Assembly: GCA_963702425.1 (NCBI GenBank)
Contig: CAVPCQ010000016.1
Span: 32,001 to 96,000, forward strand
Reading direction: 5' to 3'
DNA: 64,000 nt
Source: an uncultured Acidobacteriota bacterium
GTDB lineage: Bacteria > Acidobacteriota > Polarisedimenticolia > J045
A program made the position numbers and the translations under genes. This document shows, piece after piece, positions 57,566 to 64,000 of this stretch. Under the pieces are notes generated by a model that saw nothing but the letters and a program-made list of their open reading frames with translations, was not told the DNA's origin and searched no databases. How positions within the stretch are numbered: position 1 is the first letter of the stretch; every line of letters starts with the position of its first letter.

Positions 57566-59755
57566 CTACCTGTTCAGGACGAAGCCGGCAACGTACTCCT
57601 TGCGCTCTGCCACGCGCAGCCTCAGCACGTAGGTCCCGGGCGACAGGTCCGCCGTGCGCAGGTTGAAGTGCCACTGCTTGCTGTTGGGGTTGTTGCGGAA
57701 GTAGCGGTCCGTCGACCCCGAGTCGTCGTTGAGGTCGATCGTCGAGAGGTCGATCGGGCCGGTCCCCACCCGGGTCAGCCCGACGATCTCCGTCGGCACG
57801 ATGTCGCCGTTCTTCAGCACGTAGCCGCCGCACTTGAGGTACAGCTTGAGCGGTACGACGGAGCCGCGCTTGAACGGCTTCGGCGGGAAGGAGGGAGCGT
57901 CGCCCTCGGGAACCAGGCGCGACATCGGGGTTTGCAGGCCCCAGAGTCCGTCGTAGCTGCCGAAGTCGATCGCCGGGTCGCAGCGCCCGGTGATCCCCAG
58001 GTTGAAGGGGACATCCTGCTGCCAGGGCTGGCCGTCCACGGTTCCCATGACGCGGAGCACGAACGGCCGCGCCACGTCGCCCGGGTGCTCCGGCGGAAGC
58101 GCCAGCTCGAACGAATCGAGGCTGGCCTGTGGCGACAGTGTGACCGGCGAGCAATCCGGTACGGCGTCCAGGCTCAGCGCGGGAATGGTCGGGAAGTTCG
58201 CGCGATCGTCGGAGAAGAGGACGTTGAACGGCGCCCCGTCCGGGGTCCCGTCGCCGTCCTGATCGACCAGCTGGACCGGGTCGCTCATGAGCTTCGCCGT
58301 CACGCCCGTGATCGGGCGGGAGCCGACGTTCAGCACGGTGATCCACACACGGCCCGATTCGCCCGGGCTGAGGAGGCCGTCGCCGGTGCCGTCCTCGACC
58401 CGCACTGCGTACGGCGTGACGAAGGCCGGCCCCGGGTCGCCTTCGACCGGCTCGAGCCGGTTGAAGCTGCCGGCGGAGGCACTCTGGCCCTCGGTGCAGA
58501 ACTCCTGCTCGCCGTCGGGGATGGAGTCGCCGCAGGCCCGGAGCACGCCGACGACCTCGCGCGCGAAGAAGAACCGGCCCGCGCGGCAGATCGTCACGCT
58601 CTCGCCGGGGGGCACTTCCTGCTTCACGGTCGGTTGGTTGCAGGGGGTCGCCTCGGCGAAGCAGACGCTCGCCGAGCAGACCTCGCCGGCAGCGCAGGCG
58701 GTCTCGCAGCTGCCGCAATGGAGCGGGTCGCGCGCGGGATCGACGCAGTCGTCCCCGCAGCGGATCGTCCCGTAGGGGCAGCCTTCCGTCGGCGAGTCGG
58801 TGGAACCGCTGGAGAACCCGTAGACGCCGTCGGTGCCGAACTCCTGGCAGACGCCGTCGCCGCACGCCTGGCCTTCGCTGCACGCGCTGCCGCAGCCGCC
58901 GCAGTTCGCCGGGTCGGAGAAGATGTCCACGCTCTGGCCGGCGCAGCAGCTCTCGTTGTGATTGGCGGGCTGGAAACAGGCCCCGCAGTGCCGCTGGTCG
59001 TAATCGGTGTCGGTGCACTCGCCGTTGCAGCAGGTCTTCGTTCCCTCGCAGACGATGCCGCAGGCCCCGCAGTTGAGCTCGTCGTCGAGGTAGGAGACGC
59101 ACTCGCCGTCGCAGAGCGTCTGGTGCTCCCCCTCGCAGCAGTCGGTCGTGCTGGTGACCTCGATCGCGATCGAGTCGGGCGTGTTGTTGGTGATCGTCTC
59201 GAACACCCCTTCGCCCGGGATGAACTCGCTCGTCGCGGTCGCCAGGACCTGCGGCGGGCTGAAGAACGAGATGATGCTGGAGGTCAGCGAGGCCGCGGAG
59301 AGGGTCACGTCGGTGCGGGACAGCGAACGGCCCGGGACGCTGAACGGCCCGCGCGGGCCGACCGAAGAGTTCGTCGGCGTGAAACAGACGTCCTTGTCGC
59401 AGACCGAGCCGGTGTAGGAGTAGAGCGTCTGCCCGGTCTCCCAGTCCCAGATCGTGCCGACGCCGGCCGCGGTTCCGGCGCCCAGGCTGCTGGTGAAGCC
59501 GCCCGGGCCGGCCGACGGCCAGCGGAAGGTGAAGGTCTTGCCGACCGCCTTGTTGGTGATCTTGTTACGAACCTTGGCCGGATAGCTGGAGATCACAGTC
59601 AGGTCGACGATGCTCTCGTTGGAGCCGTTCTTGTCCAGGTCGACGTTCTTGCTCGCGGCGCCGACGGGGAGCGCGATGCTCCCCATGAGCGCGATCCCGG
59701 CGAGCATCCCTCGCAGCGAACACAGGAATCGCGTACTGCGCATCTTCTCGATCAT
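57566..59755 (-). CDS. Secreted Cys-rich protein with Stig1-like repeats, Ig-like domain and C-terminal PxKF-like domain
   Basis: Signal peptide; four repeats of C..D..(N/H)CG.C...C; DGLLSPGES Ig-like motif; FKRGSVVPLKL..WHFNLRT..GTYVL; GGAGGAG RBS. Confidence 0.8.
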   Translation of the reverse strand: MIEKMRSTRFLCSLRGMLAGIALMGSIALPVGAASKNVDLDKNGSNESIVDLTVISSYPAKVRNKITNKAVGKTFTFRWPSAGPGGFTSSLGAGTAAGVGTIWDWETGQTLYSYTGSVCDKDVCFTPTNSSVGPRGPFSVPGRSLSRTDVTLSAASLTSSIISFFSPPQVLATATSEFIPGEGVFETITNNTPDSIAIEVTSTTDCCEGEHQTLCDGECVSYLDDELNCGACGIVCEGTKTCCNGECTDTDYDQRHCGACFQPANHNESCCAGQSVDIFSDPANCGGCGSACSEGQACGDGVCQEFGTDGVYGFSSGSTDSPTEGCPYGTIRCGDDCVDPARDPLHCGSCETACAAGEVCSASVCFAEATPCNQPTVKQEVPPGESVTICRAGRFFFAREVVGVLRACGDSIPDGEQEFCTEGQSASAGSFNRLEPVEGDPGPAFVTPYAVRVEDGTGDGLLSPGESGRVWITVLNVGSRPITGVTAKLMSDPVQLVDQDGDGTPDGAPFNVLFSDDRANFPTIPALSLDAVPDCSPVTLSPQASLDSFELALPPEHPGDVARPFVLRVMGTVDGQPWQQDVPFNLGITGRCDPAIDFGSYDGLWGLQTPMSRLVPEGDAPSFPPKPFKRGSVVPLKLYLKCGGYVLKNGDIVPTEIVGLTRVGTGPIDLSTIDLNDDSGSTDRYFRNNPNSKQWHFNLRTADLSPGTYVLRLRVAERKEYVAGFVLNR

Positions 59756-60130
59756 GGCCGTTGTCTCCTCCCGCGCGTGCCGACCGCGACCCGTCCCTTG
59801 GCCGAGGCCCCCCGTGGGCCGTCGTGAAAGCCGGTCAGCGGAAGAAGGGTACGCCGTGTCCGGCGCGAAAGCGTCCTGAAGTTACAGATACCTAATAGTA
59901 AGTTTTCCTTGTTCGGCCGAGACCGTTCCGGGGCGGCTATCTTGAATCCCCTGTATGGTTTGCCGCGCGGCCGAAGACCCGGCTTACCGAAAAAGGTGAT
60001 TGACCTTCCCCGTCCATCAGCGTACGAAGTCGTTGGTTTGGTCTGCTCGGACGGCGCCCACCGCCCGCCGGCGTTCGGCGGGCTTCGCGCTCGTCCAGCG
60101 CAGCGAGCCTCGATTCAAGGGGAGGTCGGC

Positions 60131-63100
60131 ATGTCCGTTGGCGTGGCGTCACGCGTCGTGATTCGTCCGGCAATTCTCGTCGTCGCTCTCGCGCTCCTCC
60201 TGGCGTTGCCTGCGGCAGCCTTCCAGCCGCGGCCGACCGCCGAGCGGTTCGACCACCTCGCCGTGGCCCACCCGGGCGCCACGATCGGGCGCGTGGGCGT
60301 CTCAACGACCGCCCTCCCCTCAGGCGACCCGCTCCGCACCGGTTGGGAGGCGTTCGTCGCCCGGCAGGACGGAGGGTGGGAGGCCTGGATCGACGAGCGC
60401 TCCGGCCTGCCGTCGCTCGCGATCGGCCGCGGCATCTCCTGGACGCCGGCCGGCGCGGCGACGACCCTCGACGAACTCGCCGCGAAGGCGCTGCAGTTTC
60501 TCGAACAGAACCGCCTCCTCCTCGGCGACTGGGCGGGCCAGATCGAGCTCGACCGCGCGGCCTCCGGGCTGCTCGACGGGCGGATCTGGCAGATCTCGTT
60601 CCGCCAGGTGGTCAACGGCGTGCCGGTCGAGGGCTCGCGCTACGACTTCCAGGTCGCGGACGGGAACCTGGTCGCGTTCGGCGCGACCGCCTGGGGCAAG
60701 GTGCGCACCTCGCCGATCCCGCGCCTCTCGGCGGACGAGGCCCACGCCTCGCTGATGCAGAATCTCGGCACCGCGGCGCCGTCGACGCTGGAACTGCGCG
60801 GCATCCCGGAACTGCGCCTGGTGCCGGTCGACCCCGCGGGCGCCACCGCGGCCGCCTGGAATGGTCCGCGCGGCGAAGGGTACGGCCATCGCCTCGTCTG
60901 GCGCTTCACGCTCTCCGTGCCGGGCGAGTCGCCGACCTGGGTGGCCGAGATCGACGCCGCCACGGGGACGGTTGCCGCGCTCTTCGACGACACCCGCTAC
61001 GAGCGGATCAAGGGCGGGGTCTACCCGATCTCCGATGACCAGCTCTGCCCGTCCGGCTGCGAGCAGCCGGACTACCCGATGCCGTTCGCCGACTACTCCG
61101 TCGACGGCGTCGCGCAGCCCCCGACCGGCGACCACGGCCTCTACGAGTGCAGCCCCCCGGGCGCGACCGTCACGACCCGCCTCGCCGGCCCCTACGTCCG
61201 GGTCCAGGACAACTGCGGGCCGATCTCGGAGAGCACGACCTGCGACAACCCGCTCGACCTGCGGGCCGGCCCGGGCACCGACTGCGTCGTGCCGGAGGGC
61301 TCGTCGGCCGGCAACACGCACTCCTCGCGCTCCGGCTTCTTCCACCTCAACCGTTCGATGGAGAAGGGCCGCGCCTGGCTCCCCGCCAACAACTGGCTCA
61401 AGCAGCAGCTGGTCGACAACGTCAACATCAACTCGACCTGCAACGCCTACTGGAACGGCGCGGTCAACTTCTACAAGTCGGGCGGCGGCTGCCGGAACAC
61501 CGGCGAGATCATGGGCGTCTTCGTCCACGAGTGGGGCCACGGGATCGACGCCAACGACGGCGGCGGCTACGACAACCCGTCCGAGGCCTACGCCGACGTC
61601 GTCGCCCTGTTCGAGACCCGCGAGAGCTGCGTCGGACGCGGCTTCTACGAGTCGCAGAACTGCGACGGCTACGGCAACGCGTGCATCAACTGCACCGGCA
61701 TCCGTGACCAGGACTGGGACAAGCACGTCAACCACGCACCGTCCACCCCGTCCGGCTTCATCCAGAACAACTGCGGCGGCGGCGGCGGACCGTGCGGCAA
61801 GGAAGAGCACTGCGAAGGCTACCTGGCCGGCGAGACGGTCTGGGACCTCGCGGCGCGCGACCTGGTCACCACCGGCGGCCTCGACCCCGATTCGGCCTGG
61901 CAGTTGGCGGAGAAGCTGTTCTACGTGTCGCGCGGAGGTTCGGGCGGCAACGCCTACAACTGCTCGCTCCCGAATGCCGACGGCTGCGCGACGACGAGCT
62001 GGTTCCAGAAGTTCCGCGTCGTCGACGACGACGACGGCAACCTCAACAACGGCACGCCGCACGCGGCCTCGATCTTCGCGGCCTTCAACCGCCACGGCAT
62101 CGCCTGCGGCACGGCCGCCGACAACTCGAACAAGAACTCCTCGACCTGCCCCGCGCTGGCCAAGCCGGTCATCACCACGAAGGCCCTGACCAACGCGGTC
62201 GAACTGACCTGGGGCGCGGTCACGAACGCGGCGAAGTACAAGATTCTCCGCTCGGACCTGGGCTGCGACCGCGGGCAGATCATCATCGACTCCCCCGCGG
62301 CGCCGGCGACGACCTACACCGACTTCGACCTGGCGAACGACTTCACGGTCTACTACCGCGTGCAGGCGGTCGGCAGCAACGGCGCCTGCGAGAGCGCGGT
62401 CTCCAACTGCGTCGGCGCCTCGGCCGCCCCGTTCGCCGGCAACGTGCGCTTCCTGGCCGGGACCTACGGCTGCAGCAACACGATCACGCTCCGCGTGCGG
62501 GACGCCAACGTCGTCGGCTCCTCGGTGACGGTCACGGTCTGGTCGACGACCGAGCCGGTCCGCGAGACCCTCGTGCTCAACGAGACCGCGCCCGGTTCCG
62601 GCAAGTTCGAGGGGACGATCGTCACCACCTCCGCGCCCCCGCAGACCGGCGACGGCGCGCTCTCGATCCAGAACGGCGACACGCTGACCGCGGAGTACAT
62701 CGACGCCAACGACGGCTCGGGCGGTTTCAACATCGCGCGGCAGCACACCGCAACCGGCGACTGCGTCTTCCCGGTCGTCACCGGCGTGCGCGACGAGGGG
62801 GTCACAGACGTCGCTGCGACCGTCAAGTGGGACACCGACGAGCTCTCCGACACCCTGCTGCTCTGGGGCCCGACGAAGCCCCCCTCGACCAGCACCGCGG
62901 GCGCGCCCCGCGTCGCGGCCCACGAGGTGCGGCTGAACGGGCTGACCTCCTGCACCACCTACTGGTACGAGGTTCGTTCCACCGATCCGGCCGGCAACAT
63001 CGCACGGTCCGACAACGGCGGCGCCTGGTACCACTTCGAGACGCTCGGCAACTTCGGCGACGGTCTCCAGCCGTGTCACGCCGGCCGCGTCACATTCGAC

Positions 63101-64000
63101 CGGCCGACGTTCTCCTGCGCCGACGGTGTCACCTTCCGCCTCGTCGACCAGGACCTGAACCGCAGCCCGGTCGCGGTCGACACCGCGGTCGTGCTCGTGA
63201 CCAGCACCACGGAGCCCACGGGCGAGTGGGTGACGATCATCGAGACCGGTGCCAACACCTCACGCTTCAACGGCTCGATCGCGACTGCGGGCGGCGCGCC
63301 GGCCGCGGACGGGACGCTCCAGACCTCGAACGGCGACGTCATCAGCGTGACCTACCAGGACGCCGACGACGGCACGGGCGAGTCGCACATCTCCTACGCG
63401 ACCTCGGTCGCGGACTGCGCCGGGCCGAAGATCGCCTCGGTCTCCGTCGACACGATCACGAACGCCCGGGCGACGATCCACTTCACGACCTCCGAGCCGT
63501 CGGACACGGTCGTCGAATGGGGCACCACGCCGGCCCTGGGCCAGGTGACGAGCAATACCTCCAGGGTCACCACCCACGACACCCTGCTCAACCAGTTCGA
63601 CTCCTGCCAGACGGTCTGGTTCCGGGTCAAGACGACCGACCAGTACGGCAACCTGCGCGTCGCGGACGACGGCGGCCAGCCGTTCTTCTTCCACACCTCG
63701 CTGATCCCGGGCCTCTACTACCACGAGTCGTTCGAGAACAATCCGGTGGGCTGGACGCTCCAGGGGGAGTGGGAGATCGGCGAGCCCAGGGGGCTCGGCG
63801 CGTACGGCGGCGGCGCGGACCCGGCCGCGGCGTACAACAACCGCAGGACCCTCGGTCACGACCAGACCGGCCGCGGGGCGAACCTCGGCCGCTACGAGCC
63901 CGGCGTGAACGAGAAGGCACGGATGCCGGTGCAGACTGCGACGACGTGGACGCACACCAAGCTGATGCTCTATCGCCACCTCGTCGCCGGCTCCGGCGAC
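60131..64000 (+). CDS. Large secreted zinc metalloprotease (M4/M36-like) with propeptide and repeated Ig/FN3-like domains; 3' end runs off the window
   Basis: GGGGAGG RBS, signal peptide, FTP/PepSY-like propeptide (FRQVVNGVPVEGS, AEIDAATG), HEWGH at 61526-61540 followed by SEAYAD, duplicated ET.P.SG.F.G.I and FN3-like modules. Absent from the ORF track (no stop). Confidence 0.88.
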   Translation, partial: MSVGVASRVVIRPAILVVALALLLALPAAAFQPRPTAERFDHLAVAHPGATIGRVGVSTTALPSGDPLRTGWEAFVARQDGGWEAWIDERSGLPSLAIGRGISWTPAGAATTLDELAAKALQFLEQNRLLLGDWAGQIELDRAASGLLDGRIWQISFRQVVNGVPVEGSRYDFQVADGNLVAFGATAWGKVRTSPIPRLSADEAHASLMQNLGTAAPSTLELRGIPELRLVPVDPAGATAAAWNGPRGEGYGHRLVWRFTLSVPGESPTWVAEIDAATGTVAALFDDTRYERIKGGVYPISDDQLCPSGCEQPDYPMPFADYSVDGVAQPPTGDHGLYECSPPGATVTTRLAGPYVRVQDNCGPISESTTCDNPLDLRAGPGTDCVVPEGSSAGNTHSSRSGFFHLNRSMEKGRAWLPANNWLKQQLVDNVNINSTCNAYWNGAVNFYKSGGGCRNTGEIMGVFVHEWGHGIDANDGGGYDNPSEAYADVVALFETRESCVGRGFYESQNCDGYGNACINCTGIRDQDWDKHVNHAPSTPSGFIQNNCGGGGGPCGKEEHCEGYLAGETVWDLAARDLVTTGGLDPDSAWQLAEKLFYVSRGGSGGNAYNCSLPNADGCATTSWFQKFRVVDDDDGNLNNGTPHAASIFAAFNRHGIACGTAADNSNKNSSTCPALAKPVITTKALTNAVELTWGAVTNAAKYKILRSDLGCDRGQIIIDSPAAPATTYTDFDLANDFTVYYRVQAVGSNGACESAVSNCVGASAAPFAGNVRFLAGTYGCSNTITLRVRDANVVGSSVTVTVWSTTEPVRETLVLNETAPGSGKFEGTIVTTSAPPQTGDGALSIQNGDTLTAEYIDANDGSGGFNIARQHTATGDCVFPVVTGVRDEGVTDVAATVKWDTDELSDTLLLWGPTKPPSTSTAGAPRVAAHEVRLNGLTSCTTYWYEVRSTDPAGNIARSDNGGAWYHFETLGNFGDGLQPCHAGRVTFDRPTFSCADGVTFRLVDQDLNRSPVAVDTAVVLVTSTTEPTGEWVTIIETGANTSRFNGSIATAGGAPAADGTLQTSNGDVISVTYQDADDGTGESHISYATSVADCAGPKIASVSVDTITNARATIHFTTSEPSDTVVEWGTTPALGQVTSNTSRVTTHDTLLNQFDSCQTVWFRVKTTDQYGNLRVADDGGQPFFFHTSLIPGLYYHESFENNPVGWTLQGEWEIGEPRGLGAYGGGADPAAAYNNRRTLGHDQTGRGANLGRYEPGVNEKARMPVQTATTWTHTKLMLYRHLVAGSGD

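Noticed and set aside
57426-60130. Prophage or genomic island integrated at tRNA-Arg
   Set aside because: No integrase, no duplicated tRNA 3' end noticed within the window, and codon style of the genes matches the rest.

Overview
Very GC-rich bacterial chromosomal segment. Gene style suggests an Acidobacteriota-like diderm, but this is inference only. Most long ORFs in the supplied track are antisense or off-frame shadows. About 48 real CDS and one tRNA-Arg(TCG) can be supported. Core genes include polA (partial), an NtrC-type two-component pair, tatBC, a CtpA-type protease, lptD, a split NAD synthetase, selD with an in-frame UGA/Sec codon and SECIS-like hairpin, rsmI, smpB, speA, an OPT transporter, an unpaired topoisomerase VI subunit B, an ECF sigma/FecR/ABC locus, an otsA-otsB-DUF5752-treT trehalose operon and two large secreted proteins. 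The best candidate for an undescribed system is a coupled operon at 12755-17061. It encodes an RmlD-like reductase, a farnesol-dehydrogenase-like SDR, a fused prenol-kinase/DUF92 (VTE5+VTE6-like) protein and a homogentisate-prenyltransferase-like UbiA enzyme, which together resemble a plant-type isoprenoid-alcohol salvage and transfer route. A 27-bp GTAG-type REP palindrome also occurs both between genes and in frame inside coding sequences. All family assignments are by motif recognition; no searches were run.
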